A DNA stretch of 64,000 nucleotides. Origin: Candidatus Poribacteria bacterium. GTDB lineage: Bacteria > Poribacteria > WGA-4E > JAJDTR01. Of this stretch, positions 9,830 through 20,209 are shown piece after piece. Numbering within the stretch: position 1 is the stretch's first letter; the number at the start of each line of letters is the position of its first letter. The position numbers were made by a program, and so were the translations under genes. The stretch covers positions 183,427 to 247,426 of the forward strand of contig JAPPIK010000006.1 in assembly GCA_028820655.1 (NCBI GenBank), given 5' to 3'. Under the pieces are notes generated by a model. That model saw only the letters and a program-made list of their open reading frames with translations. It made no database searches and was not told the origin of the DNA.

Positions 9830-12052
9830 ATGGTCGTACCTTTAATCAGCATAATTCTGCTTTGTCCGCTCGCGGCGTTCGCGTTCTTCGGACTGCTGTC
9901 ACTGACCGGTCGAAACTATTCGCGTCAAGACCTCGTCTCGACCGCGGCGATGCTAATCGCAGCAATCTGCTCCTTCCTCCTACTGCCGCAGATTACTTCC
10001 CACCCGGAGCCCATCTCGATTACGTGGATCGAAATCGACCAAATCAAACTGTCGATGGGATTCTATTTTGACAGCGTAACAGCGATGATGCTGCTCGTCG
10101 TCACGATTGTCAGTAGCCTCGTTCATATCTTTTCCATCGGCTACATGCACGGCGACCCCCGCTACCCTCGATTCTTTGCCTTCCTCTCGTTGTTCTCCTT
10201 TTCGATGTTGTTCCTCGTCGTCTCCGACAACCTGTTAGGCATCTATATCGGGTGGGAGCTTGTCGGGTTGTGTTCCTATCTGCTCATCGGGTTCTGGTTC
10301 GAGAAGGACTCCGCCGCAGACGCTTGCAAGAAGGCGTTCCTGACTACTCGTGTGGGCGATGTGGGGATGTTCGTGGGCATGATGATGTTATTCACGAAGT
10401 TCCATACGTTCGCGCTTTACGGCGACGGCGGCATCTTCGCGGCGGTCGCAAATTTGGGATCCGGTGACATCGTTTGGTTGTCCATTGCGGGTGTTCTTAT
10501 CTTCTGCGGGGCTATCGGCAAGTCGGCTCAGGTTCCGCTTCACACCTGGTTGCCCGATGCCATGGAAGGTCCCACACCCGTCAGCGCGCTCATACATGCA
10601 GCCACGATGGTGGCAGCCGGTGTCTACTTGACCGCGCGAATGTTTCCCATCCTGACGCCCGATTCCTCTCTGACGATAGCCTACGTCGGGGGTATCACAG
10701 CTATTGTAGCCGCTACAATCGCCATCGTCAGGTTTGACATCAAGCGGGTGCTCGCCTACTCGACCATCAGTCAACTGGGTTTCATGATGCTGGGTATCGG
10801 TGCCGGGAGCTACGTTGCGGGTCTCTTCCATCTCACCACGCATGCCTTTTTCAAAGCGTTGCTGTTCCTTGGATCGGGCAGCGTCATTCATGCGTTGGCG
10901 GTTCACAACGGCTCGCACGGCGACGACCACGGCCATGAACCGGAGCATCATGACGGCGAACACGGTGAAGCTGAACACCACGACGATACGGGGTTTGACA
11001 GCCACGGCATCCCGGAAGAGCAGGATATGCGCCACATGGGCGGACTACGCCGCAAGATGCCCATCACCTTCCTCACGATGCTGATTGCCACCCTGTCGAT
11101 TTCGGGCGTGCCGTTCGTGTTCTCCGGGTTCTGGAGCAAAGACGCCATCCTGGCGGGCGTTCTGGATCGGGCGATGGCATGGGATTCGGTGCATTACTAC
11201 ATTCTTTTCATAATCGCGCTCGGCGCCGCCGGCATCACCGCCTTCTATATGTTCCGTCTCATCTTCATGACCTTCTTCGGGGAACCGCGCAACAAAGAGA
11301 TGTACGACCACGCGCACGAGTCGCCGGGCGTCATGGCAGTTCCGCTGATCATTCTGGCAGTCCTCAGTTTTCCCATCGTGAACACCTGGTCTTTCAACCC
11401 GTGGTCTTTCAAAAAACATGTGAATGCGCCAATACAACCCCACGTGCACGCTCCCGCGCATGCTAACGAAGAGCGTCCGGTGCTATACGCGATGGCAGGC
11501 GCCTCCGACGCGCACGCTGCCGAAGACGCTGGCCACGGCGCTCATGACGCCGCGCACGCCGAAGACGACCACCATGCTCACCACAGCCCCGCCCACACGA
11601 TTGCAATGGTTCTCTCCATCATTGTTGCCAGTTTCGGCATTTTGCTATCCTATCTATTCTATCATCGCAAAGTATTCTCTGCCGAAGGTGCGGCGTCGCG
11701 TTTGCGTCCGCTTTACAAACTCTGCTGGGGCAAGTATTTCTTCGATGAATTTTATGACGGCGTAATCGTGGCGTTATCCGTCGCTTGGGCAGGGTCTCTC
11801 AGAGTTTTTGACTTGCGCGTGATTGACGGCATCGTGAATCTGGTGGGGTTTGTCACACGAGCGGTGGTCGCCGCGTTCACGGGTTGGTTTGATAACAAAT
11901 TTGTTGATGGGCTGGTAAATTGGGTCGCGCAGATTACGTGGTCGGTCGGTGGGAGGATTCGACGGATTCAAACCGGCGCCATCCAGAATTATCTGCTGAT
12001 CGTTTTGGGCGGTGTCGTGTTGTTGATTCTGATTTTCCGGCGATTTTTATAG
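9830..12052 (+). CDS. nuoL: NADH-quinone oxidoreductase subunit L with two His/Asp/Glu-rich insertions
   Basis: 740 aa. WLPDAMEGPTPVSALIHAATMV antiporter-like motif. Inserts HNGSHGDDHGHEPEHHDGEHGEAEHHDD and HVHAPAHANEE...HGAHDAAHAEDDHHAHHSPAH. Confidence 0.9.
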   Translation: MVVPLISIILLCPLAAFAFFGLLSLTGRNYSRQDLVSTAAMLIAAICSFLLLPQITSHPEPISITWIEIDQIKLSMGFYFDSVTAMMLLVVTIVSSLVHIFSIGYMHGDPRYPRFFAFLSLFSFSMLFLVVSDNLLGIYIGWELVGLCSYLLIGFWFEKDSAADACKKAFLTTRVGDVGMFVGMMMLFTKFHTFALYGDGGIFAAVANLGSGDIVWLSIAGVLIFCGAIGKSAQVPLHTWLPDAMEGPTPVSALIHAATMVAAGVYLTARMFPILTPDSSLTIAYVGGITAIVAATIAIVRFDIKRVLAYSTISQLGFMMLGIGAGSYVAGLFHLTTHAFFKALLFLGSGSVIHALAVHNGSHGDDHGHEPEHHDGEHGEAEHHDDTGFDSHGIPEEQDMRHMGGLRRKMPITFLTMLIATLSISGVPFVFSGFWSKDAILAGVLDRAMAWDSVHYYILFIIALGAAGITAFYMFRLIFMTFFGEPRNKEMYDHAHESPGVMAVPLIILAVLSFPIVNTWSFNPWSFKKHVNAPIQPHVHAPAHANEERPVLYAMAGASDAHAAEDAGHGAHDAAHAEDDHHAHHSPAHTIAMVLSIIVASFGILLSYLFYHRKVFSAEGAASRLRPLYKLCWGKYFFDEFYDGVIVALSVAWAGSLRVFDLRVIDGIVNLVGFVTRAVVAAFTGWFDNKFVDGLVNWVAQITWSVGGRIRRIQTGAIQNYLLIVLGGVVLLILIFRRFL

Positions 12053-12284
12053 TGGGATGTAGGCGGAGGAAGTTCTATAGAGCTTAGGTATTTTGAATTC
12101 TGGCAACCAAAAAACGGATAATTCCGTGCTCGGTCTGGATTGATAAATCCAGACCCGGCGTTGGACTTCACAATCGGACAGAAGGAAAGCATTGTACCGG
12201 TCAGAATTAATTAAGATAAATTTGATTTAACAGGAGCGCCTGTTTCGATTCTTTGTAGTGATGTAATGGGGAGGAATTTATTAG

Positions 12285-13796
12285 ATGCTATTAACGTTAA
12301 TGATTTTTGTTCCGCTGATAGGAATGATTGTTGTGCTATGCCTACCGCGGAACGCAGAGGAAACTATTAAACGCACGACGCTTGTCTTCACGCTTATTCC
12401 GCTCATACTGGGAGTGATGCTGCTTGCGGGATATGACCGGGAGAGCGAAGATCTTCAGTACGAGGTTAACGTAATGTGGATTGACGCGTTCAAAATCCAC
12501 TACCACATCGGAATCGACGGACTGAGCGTGACGCTGATACTCTTGACCGTGCTGCTCGGACCAATATGCGTGATAGCATCGTGGCGGAATATCGAGAAGG
12601 GCATCAAAGCCTATATGGGGTTGTTCCTGTTGCTGGAAACGGGTATGGTCGGTTTCTTCGCAGCGCTCGACCTTTTCCTCTTCTACGTCTTCTTCGAGCT
12701 AACCCTGTTGCCGATGTACTTCCTTATCGGCATCTGGGGCGGTCCTCGACGCGAATATGCAGCCATTAAATTCTTCCTGTACACCCTCTTTGGCAGTGTG
12801 TTGATGCTGATAGCGATGATCGCCGTGTATCTCAAAGGCGGCACATTCGACATTCCGACACTGATTACATTGGCTCAACAGGACGGTCACGCACTCGCCA
12901 ATCCGGTATTCCAGATTTGGGTGTTCCTCGGTTTCTTTATCGGGTTCGCCGTCAAAGTCCCGATTTTCCCCTTCCACACGTGGCTTCCCGACGCGCACGT
13001 AGAAGCGCCGACAGCCATCAGTGTTATTCTTGCGGCTATCCTACTGAAGATGGGAACTTATGGGCTTATTCGAGTTAATTTCGCCATGCTGCCGGAAGGT
13101 ATGGCTTTCTTTACGGACCCGGAAGCTGCAGTGAAGCTGGGGCGATCTGCCACTTGGGGATACGGGCTGGCTATCCTCGGATTTATCAATATTGTCTACG
13201 GATCATTCTGCGCGCTGGCGCAAACCGATTTCAAGAAACTCGTCGCCTACTCCAGTATCGGGCACATGGGGTTCGTCATATTGGGGCTTGCCGCGCGCAA
13301 CGAGAGCGGTGTGACGGGCGCTATTCTGCAGATGTTCAACCACGGCGTGATTAGCGCGATGTTGTTCCTACTCGTCGGTGTGGTCTACGACCGAGCACAT
13401 CACCGCGAAATCAACGGCTTCGGCGGGCTTGGAACCAAGATGCCAATCTACACCGGCATCACCACCTTGGCATTCATGGCATCGCTCGGGCTGCCGGGGC
13501 TTAGCGGATTCGTCGGAGAGGCGCTCGCTCTGCTGGGGGCGTACAGTAAGTATCAGGTGCTGACCATCCTTTCGACAATTGGCATCGTCGTCGGCGCCGC
13601 CTATTTCCTCTGGACGCTGCAGCGCGTGTTTCTCGGAAAGTTGAATCCGAAGTATGAGGGCATCTCCGAAATCAATGGGCGCGAAATCCTGACGCTCGTA
13701 CCGCTCGGTATTCTTACCATTGTTTTTGGAGTTTATCCGTCTCTTCTCATTAACATGTTCAATCAAGCGGTAAGCATGTTGCCGCTCGTGCCGTAA
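12285..13796 (+). CDS. nuoM: NADH-quinone oxidoreductase subunit M
   Basis: 503 aa. FPFHTWLPDAHVEAPT motif, position in cluster, RBS GGGGAGG. Confidence 0.9.
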   Translation: MLLTLMIFVPLIGMIVVLCLPRNAEETIKRTTLVFTLIPLILGVMLLAGYDRESEDLQYEVNVMWIDAFKIHYHIGIDGLSVTLILLTVLLGPICVIASWRNIEKGIKAYMGLFLLLETGMVGFFAALDLFLFYVFFELTLLPMYFLIGIWGGPRREYAAIKFFLYTLFGSVLMLIAMIAVYLKGGTFDIPTLITLAQQDGHALANPVFQIWVFLGFFIGFAVKVPIFPFHTWLPDAHVEAPTAISVILAAILLKMGTYGLIRVNFAMLPEGMAFFTDPEAAVKLGRSATWGYGLAILGFINIVYGSFCALAQTDFKKLVAYSSIGHMGFVILGLAARNESGVTGAILQMFNHGVISAMLFLLVGVVYDRAHHREINGFGGLGTKMPIYTGITTLAFMASLGLPGLSGFVGEALALLGAYSKYQVLTILSTIGIVVGAAYFLWTLQRVFLGKLNPKYEGISEINGREILTLVPLGILTIVFGVYPSLLINMFNQAVSMLPLVP

Positions 13797-13809
13797 CTGG
13801 GAGACTGAC

Positions 13810-15279
13810 GTGACGTCGTTGACAAACATCCAAAGCATTCCCTACTTTATTCCCGAACTGATTCTCGTCGTATTTGCGGTGGGCGCCATCCTGTTGGATT
13901 TGGTGAACAGGGGTAGGAACACCGAGCGGGTCGCTTATCTTGCGCTTGTCGGCGTGGCGGCAACGCTGATTGCGGTCATCGCTGTCGGATCATCGGAAAA
14001 ATCGCTGTTCCTCGGTATGATCCGGCTCGACAGTTTCGCGGTATTTTTCAAAATCATCATCTTGGTCGCCACGGCGGTCACGGTGATCTTCTCCATCAAA
14101 TCCGAAGAGCTTGACCCGCGAATGAAGGGGGAATACTACGCCCTCCTGATTGCCGTGACATTCGGCATGTTCCTCATGGTATCGTCGAAAAATCTGTTGA
14201 TGATTTTCATTTCGCTCGAAACCGTGAGCCTGACCTCCTACATCTTGGCGGGATTCTTGACGCACAACCCGCGCTCGAGTGAAGCGGCGTTCAAGTACAT
14301 CACCTATGGGGCGGTCGCATCGGGAACAATGCTGTTCGGATTTTCACTTCTGTTTGGGTTGACGGGCACCGGGGATGTGGTACAGATTAGCCACCGACTG
14401 ACCGAGATGTTCAGCGCGGGCGAAGCCTATCCGCTCGTCGTATTGGTGATCATCACCTTTATCCTGGCGGGCATCGGCTACAAGATGGCTTCGGTGCCGT
14501 TCCACATGTGGTCGCCCGATGTGTACGAAGGCGCACCTATCCCCATCACCGCGTTCCTGTCGGTGGCGTCGAAAGCCGCCGGGTTCGCGCTGTTCATTCG
14601 ACTGTTCTATTCGACATTCCAGGCTTCCAATATTGTTGGTTCTGTCGATTGGTCGCTTATGCTGTCGATTGTCTCCGCGCTGACGATGACGTTGGGCAAT
14701 CTAGCCGCGCTGCCGCAACAAAACGTCAAGAGGCTGCTTGCGTATTCGAGCATAGCGCACGGCGGCTACCTGCTCATGGGGGCAACCTTGCTGACGCCCG
14801 AGGGAATTCAAGCCATTCTCTTCTACTTCATAACCTACCTGTTCATGAACTTGGGGGCATTCTTTGTGGTGGTGTTGATTGCGAACGAGCTGGGGAGCGA
14901 AACCATTGACGGCTATCGGAATCTCTGGTCCCGCGCGCCGTTCGTTGCGGTGTCAATGGCAATCTTTCTCTTCTCGCTGACGGGCATCCCACCCTTGGCT
15001 GGGTTTTTCGGTAAATGGTGGCTCTTTATGGCGGTCATTAAACAGGAACTCTACTGGCTGGCAGTTGTCGGCTTGCTGAATTCTGTTGTTTCGCTTTACT
15101 ATTATGCGCGAATCGTGAAGGCGATGTTTCTGGAATCATCCGATGAGACGGATGCAATCTCCTTTTCGTGGGGCAATCTTGCGCTGCTGGTTGTGTTCGT
15201 TGTGCCGACGATCATCATCGGTTTCTGGAATACCGTTTATGAGGTGTCGAGGGCTTCGCTGGGGAGGATTGTTGGTTAG
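13810..15279 (+). CDS. nuoN: NADH-quinone oxidoreductase subunit N (GTG start)
   Basis: 489 aa. VPFHMWSPDVYEGAPIPITAF motif. Last gene of the cluster. Confidence 0.88.
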   Translation: MTSLTNIQSIPYFIPELILVVFAVGAILLDLVNRGRNTERVAYLALVGVAATLIAVIAVGSSEKSLFLGMIRLDSFAVFFKIIILVATAVTVIFSIKSEELDPRMKGEYYALLIAVTFGMFLMVSSKNLLMIFISLETVSLTSYILAGFLTHNPRSSEAAFKYITYGAVASGTMLFGFSLLFGLTGTGDVVQISHRLTEMFSAGEAYPLVVLVIITFILAGIGYKMASVPFHMWSPDVYEGAPIPITAFLSVASKAAGFALFIRLFYSTFQASNIVGSVDWSLMLSIVSALTMTLGNLAALPQQNVKRLLAYSSIAHGGYLLMGATLLTPEGIQAILFYFITYLFMNLGAFFVVVLIANELGSETIDGYRNLWSRAPFVAVSMAIFLFSLTGIPPLAGFFGKWWLFMAVIKQELYWLAVVGLLNSVVSLYYYARIVKAMFLESSDETDAISFSWGNLALLVVFVVPTIIIGFWNTVYEVSRASLGRIVG

Positions 15280-15512
15280 AAGCCGGTGGGAGCGAATCTG
15301 TTGCACTTAGTGATAGGGCGTTACCAAGTATATTTGTACGGTGGGATTAAGTGACCGAACAGGGAGTGCGATAGAGTTCCCATAGAAATCTTGATAGCGA
15401 AGGACCAACTGACCTATAGGAGTTCCCACGGAGGAAATCCCATAGATAATCCTACTCGCTCGCTGCTTTGATCGCTCAATCGAACCTACCTGCTAATCTG
15501 TTGATTGCATCG

Positions 15513-15800
15513 TTAGGAGTCGCTTGTTTTAACAGAGTCATTGATGTGGGAATGCGACCCTATATGTGCAAATAGCATCTGTCGGATTTCTCTGATATCA
15601 TCCTTTAATTCCGTTCGTAGCTGGGAAATGTCGGCTATTGTTGCCATGCTCGTGGTAACTTTCCACCACAATCCGCTTGCCGCTACTATCACCGCTATCG
15701 TAGGTATAATCCAACTTTCCATTGTAATCTCCTCGAGTTTATGATTCACGCTCGTTACAACCCTAAGTTTACAAAAAGTTTGCGCAGATATCAAGCACAT
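15513..15800 (-). CDS. Hypothetical small membrane protein (one predicted TM helix)
   Basis: ORF only. Confidence 0.25.
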   Translation of the reverse strand: MCLISAQTFCKLRVVTSVNHKLEEITMESWIIPTIAVIVAASGLWWKVTTSMATIADISQLRTELKDDIREIRQMLFAHIGSHSHINDSVKTSDS

Positions 15801-15893
15801 TGACTTTTAGTTCGCAAGATGCAGTCATTAAACCTAGCAGATTAGGCGAATAATGAACAGTCGAGGTCGGAGCGAAAGCAGGAGGCGTTTCAC

Positions 15894-16121
15894 GTGAAAG
15901 TCACGGAGACCGCCGGTACTTTTGAGGGATCATTTGAATCGACAGTTTTCGAAGTAGATAAGGATGATTTGGACGAAGAGGCAGAACTTCTGTTGAATCA
16001 TCCTCGAATTACTGAAAGCTTTGAAAAATATCCCGTGTGTGATGAAGATGATTTGATACCTTGGGAAAAAGTAAAGCGTTTGGTAAAAGTTCAACCTAAC
16101 CTATGTAGTGAACAGCCGTGA
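15894..16121 (+). CDS. Hypothetical acidic small protein (75 aa)
   Basis: ORF with GGAGG upstream. Confidence 0.3.
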   Translation: MKVTETAGTFEGSFESTVFEVDKDDLDEEAELLLNHPRITESFEKYPVCDEDDLIPWEKVKRLVKVQPNLCSEQP

Positions 16122-16205
16122 TAGCACTAACAGGGTACCGTCCAAAAGCGAGCGCAGGCGCTCGCTTTTTTCTTTGCTGCAAGACAATCCATAATTCCTA
16201 ACCCA

Positions 16206-16829
16206 ATGATATGTCTAGCCTCTGCTGATTGCACAACTGGGCGAGCAAACGAAAAAGAGGAGGCACTCTTGCGCCAAAGCCCCAACTCCTCAAACCCAAA
16301 CATCGTCTACTTCGATCTTGAGACCCAGAAAAGCGCCTCTGAAGTCGGCGGCTGGAAAAATATCCACCTAATGAGGCTGGCTGTCGGTGTCACTTATAGC
16401 ACGGTTTCGGGGCGTTATGAGACATTCTTCGAGGAAGATGCGGATGCGTTAGTCGATGAACTATCGGGAGCGGATCTTGTCGTCGGATTCAACGTCAAAC
16501 GGTTCGATTACACCGTGCTTTCGCCCTATACGGCTGTTCCATTAAAACGATTGCCAACGTTCGATATGCAGGAACACGTTACGCGCACGCTCGGATTTCG
16601 TCTGAGTCTGAATGCCTTGGCGCGCGCAACGCTAAACGAGGCGAAGTCCGCGGACGGAATGCAGTCGCTGCGATGGTGGAAAGCTGGCAGGGTCGATCTG
16701 ATAATGGAATACTGTCGAAAGGATGTTGAAATTACGCGGCGACTGCACGAATATGCACGTGAGCACGGTCATCTGTTATACGATAGTCGGGATGGGCGCA
16801 AAAGGCGCGTTAATACGCTGCATTGGTGA
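16206..16829 (+). CDS. RNase H-like fold 3'-5' exonuclease-domain protein (YprB/PolB-exonuclease-like)
   Basis: IVYFDLETQ (Exo I D-x-E), VVGFNVKRFDYTVL (Exo II) and EYCRKDVEITRRL (Exo III Y-x3-D) motifs. Confidence 0.6.
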   Translation: MICLASADCTTGRANEKEEALLRQSPNSSNPNIVYFDLETQKSASEVGGWKNIHLMRLAVGVTYSTVSGRYETFFEEDADALVDELSGADLVVGFNVKRFDYTVLSPYTAVPLKRLPTFDMQEHVTRTLGFRLSLNALARATLNEAKSADGMQSLRWWKAGRVDLIMEYCRKDVEITRRLHEYAREHGHLLYDSRDGRKRRVNTLHW

Positions 16830-16843
16830 ACGGCAGCAAACTG

Positions 16844-17899
16844 TCACAGTTTTATTATTCCGCGATTCTCCTCCGCAATAATCTCTGTCCCCCATTTCTG
16901 TGAAAGCGTTCGAATCTCATCAATCGCCGCCCGTTTTGTCTTTCCGTCCCTAAAGGTAACGCGCAGGATTGCGCCCGTGTGCTTGCTCTCGCTGCCGGAT
17001 CCGAACACGAAATCCCCCAAGCTGTAAGCGATGATTTTTCCCCTGTAGACCTCAATCCCCTGCAAGACATGGGGATGATGGCCAAACACGAGGTCCGCGC
17101 CGGCATCGATTGCTTTCTTGCCAATCCATTCCTGATACTCGCGCGGTTCGGTAACGAGTTCGCCGCTCCAATGGAACGAAACAACGACGAGGTTTGCCCG
17201 TTCCCTCGCCGCCTTGATGTCGGGCACAAAGATCTCCGCTATGCCGTTCACCGTCCCCGGATCTCCTTCACCCGCGAAGAACTCAAACGGGTACGTTTTG
17301 GAATACGCCAGCACCGCGATGTACACGTTTCTCGACTTCACGATCGCGGGTTGTCTTGCCGTTTGGAGGTCGGGGCCCGCCCCACAGTACAGCAGATTGT
17401 TGGCGCTTAACACCTCCAACGTTTCCAGCAGCGCCTCATCACCATAGTCGCCAATGTGATTGTTCGCGAGCGCGAGCACGTCAAAGCCTGCCTTCGCAAT
17501 TCCCTGTGCCAATTTCGGTTGACCTACGAACACGAATTCCTTGTCGGGGAAAGGGTCGCCGGACGTGGCAAGCGGCATCTCAAGATTCCCAATCGCGAGG
17601 TCCGCCGCCTCAATAATGGAGCGAATGCGGTCAAACGGGTATTCAATGCCGCGTTGCGCGATTACCGGTTTGGCGCTGCCCACCAGCATAATATCCCCAG
17701 CGCAAAGGATGCTTGTTTCTATGGATTGGGGAGCCAATGCGGACGATTCATGCGCAGCCTCCACCATGCGGTCAGTCTTGGTTGGTGTGGCAACGGAGTG
17801 ATCGGCATACAGTATCATGATGAGTATGACAGGCTGCATACTGCGCTTAACTTTCAGCATCGCTCCGCCATATTTTCTGCTGCTTGATGATGCATACAA
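16844..17899 (-). CDS. CapA/PgsA-family metallophosphoesterase (poly-gamma-glutamate capsule synthesis protein-like), secreted
   Basis: GNLEMPL, VVSFHWSGE and GHHPHVLQGIEVYRGKIIAYSLGDFVF motifs typical of CapA family. N-terminal signal sequence. Confidence 0.75.
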   Translation of the reverse strand: MYASSSSRKYGGAMLKVKRSMQPVILIMILYADHSVATPTKTDRMVEAAHESSALAPQSIETSILCAGDIMLVGSAKPVIAQRGIEYPFDRIRSIIEAADLAIGNLEMPLATSGDPFPDKEFVFVGQPKLAQGIAKAGFDVLALANNHIGDYGDEALLETLEVLSANNLLYCGAGPDLQTARQPAIVKSRNVYIAVLAYSKTYPFEFFAGEGDPGTVNGIAEIFVPDIKAARERANLVVVSFHWSGELVTEPREYQEWIGKKAIDAGADLVFGHHPHVLQGIEVYRGKIIAYSLGDFVFGSGSESKHTGAILRVTFRDGKTKRAAIDEIRTLSQKWGTEIIAEENRGIIKL

Positions 17900-18578
17900 T
17901 CACGTGGTCGCCTCCGTGCGGTCTAATAAACGCCCATGAATTCGATTTGTTCCGTGACGCGACGCAAGGATACATCGGATGGGGGTGGGTTGTCACCTGA
18001 AAAATTTAGCAAATTCCGCGCCTATTTCATGATAATTCAAGCCATCTTGATATAGTTATTGCAGATTTTGCAAGGCACTAGCGTGGATTTGTGCTGGGTA
18101 TTGAAGAACAGAACGTCCTATGATAGATCAGCTTTCAACTGGTGGAAATATTCTGCGATCTTGAATCGGGGTACCACTTACGGTTGGAAAGGAGAAATTG
18201 ATGAATTTTGGACAGAAAATCACAATCAGTCTTTTTCTCACTATCGTTCTGGAGAGCGTAGCGATTCGCAGCCCGTCCACACTCCCGACCGGAACCTACA
18301 CACCGCTGTCCAAAACCCGCTCAACCTCGCCCCTACGATAGGGTCCTATCGGCGAAGTACCGACCCGCCTTACATAAGTGTCAACATGCCCTAGTCGGTT
18401 GATCGCTCCTACCTCCTACTAGGATTCTTACCTGCCGGTTCTATCTGCAATGGCGACCCTGTCGGCTTTTTGTTGCTTTGCTGTCGCTTCTTTGCTATAC
18501 TAATTAGCGATTTAGAATCCTACCCTCCATGAGTTCCATGCGCCCGATTCACGTGGAACCGCAGAAAGGCGCTAGTCT

Positions 18579-19121
18579 GTGACCCTATCAGATATATTTG
18601 ACGCATGTCAAGATATTGAGTTGAGGCAGGCGAAGTTGTACGCCGCGCTGTCCTTGCGTTTGGGTGATGTGGATGAACGGATTGCCCGATTTTGGGAGCA
18701 GATGAGCACGGAGGAGTGGCAGCACTACATGCTCGTCGACTTCGGTCGGTCGCTATGTGCTCAGACGATCGGTCTGGACGCACCCGCCGCAGGGTTGCCG
18801 GGGGTGTCCATCCAACAGATCACGGATGCGTTAGACGAGCATGAGCGGAAGATTGATAGCGGGGAAATTACGCTGAATGGGGCTTTTGAGATCGCCATCG
18901 CCATTGAAGGGAGCGAGGCGGATACTATCTACATGTATCTGCTATCCACCATCAAAAAAGCGATATACGAGAGTGACCAACCGTACCTGATTAGCCGAAT
19001 CTCTCATGTTGAGAGGGACATGACGGTGCACATAGACCGCCTTATCGATGCCACCCGGCAGTTTTCCAAAGTACCGGAACTCGTCCGTAGTGCGCAGGCG
19101 CTGAAGGAACACCATCCTTAG
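18579..19121 (+). CDS. Hypothetical protein, possibly ferritin-like four-helix bundle
   Basis: ORF of 180 aa; only weak E..H-type pairs. No firm family assignment. Confidence 0.35.
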   Translation: MTLSDIFDACQDIELRQAKLYAALSLRLGDVDERIARFWEQMSTEEWQHYMLVDFGRSLCAQTIGLDAPAAGLPGVSIQQITDALDEHERKIDSGEITLNGAFEIAIAIEGSEADTIYMYLLSTIKKAIYESDQPYLISRISHVERDMTVHIDRLIDATRQFSKVPELVRSAQALKEHHP

Positions 19122-19204
19122 GAGTCACGTAGAAAGCAAGTCGGTGACGGACTCGATACGAGGATTGCACGGTCAGGTTCGTGGAATCTGAGTCGCGGGC
19201 GCAC

Positions 19205-19870
19205 TCAGGCGTTGGCTACCCATTTTAACGGCTCGTTTTGCAAGTAGGGGCGTAGAAGGATTTGGAGGCGGCGGTGGGCGTGATGGAGATGTGCCTTGAT
19301 TGTCCCTTCGGACCTATCCAAGCGAGCGGCAATCTCTTTTAGCTGCAAGCCTTCATGATGTCGAAGGTTAAAGACTCGTTGCTGTCCCGGGGGGAGTTGG
19401 CTGACCGCTTCGCCTATTATTCTGCCGAGTTCTCTTGATTCCGCTTGGTCCGGCGGGCGTGGTTTTGAATCGTCGAAGATGAGGTCTTTTTCGGGAATTG
19501 TCGGGCTCAATTCGTCAAACGACACGGTGCGCTTTCGGTTTTGTTGGCGAATAAAGTCGATACAACGATTGATTGCGATTCGATAGATCCAACTATAAAA
19601 CGCCGATTCCTGCTTAAAACTGGGAAGAGCTTGGTACGCTTTGATGAATATCTCTTGGCAAAGGTCTTGGGCAGTCTCGGGATTGGCAACGTGTTTGTAA
19701 ACCAAGCTGTAGATTCTGCCTTGGTACCGTATGATTAGCTCGTTAAAGACATCCCGTTCGCCGCACTGAAACCGGTCAATGAGTTTGTACTCGTCAATAC
19801 GATTTGAATCTAACGACAAATCGACGATGGATAGTTGACTGGAATTAACCATTTGCCTTCTCCCTGACAC
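19205..19870 (-). CDS. ECF-subfamily RNA polymerase sigma-70 factor
   Basis: Sigma-70 region 2 (DLCQEIFIKAYQALPSF...FYSWIYRIAINRCIDFIR) and region 4 (LKEIAARLDRSEGTIKAHLHHA) helix-turn-helix. Confidence 0.85.
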   Translation of the reverse strand: MSGRRQMVNSSQLSIVDLSLDSNRIDEYKLIDRFQCGERDVFNELIIRYQGRIYSLVYKHVANPETAQDLCQEIFIKAYQALPSFKQESAFYSWIYRIAINRCIDFIRQQNRKRTVSFDELSPTIPEKDLIFDDSKPRPPDQAESRELGRIIGEAVSQLPPGQQRVFNLRHHEGLQLKEIAARLDRSEGTIKAHLHHAHRRLQILLRPYLQNEPLKWVANA

Positions 19871-20209
19871 CGGTCAAATCCTCTGACTGTCGAGTTTGCG
19901 AACAGGTTGGTTGCCCAACAAATGTCCCTAGTTGAACACCTAGACCGAACAATTGTTCCATATTTCGGAACAATTGTGGACATTCAGAGGTGTGGTTGAT
20001 TGCTTGAACTCCGTAAATAAAGTAATTTCGCGTCTTTCCCGTATAACCCAAGTTGCTACGCCTACAAAATATTGAGGTTTTCATTCCTTCGGGCATTCTG
20101 TTACGTCTTTGATTTTAATCCCGACCTATAGGAATGGATAGCAGCTTGCCCGTCAGCCGTATTTCCTTCTCGCAAGAATCTTGCCATTTGAATCATCCTG
20201 AAATGTCTT

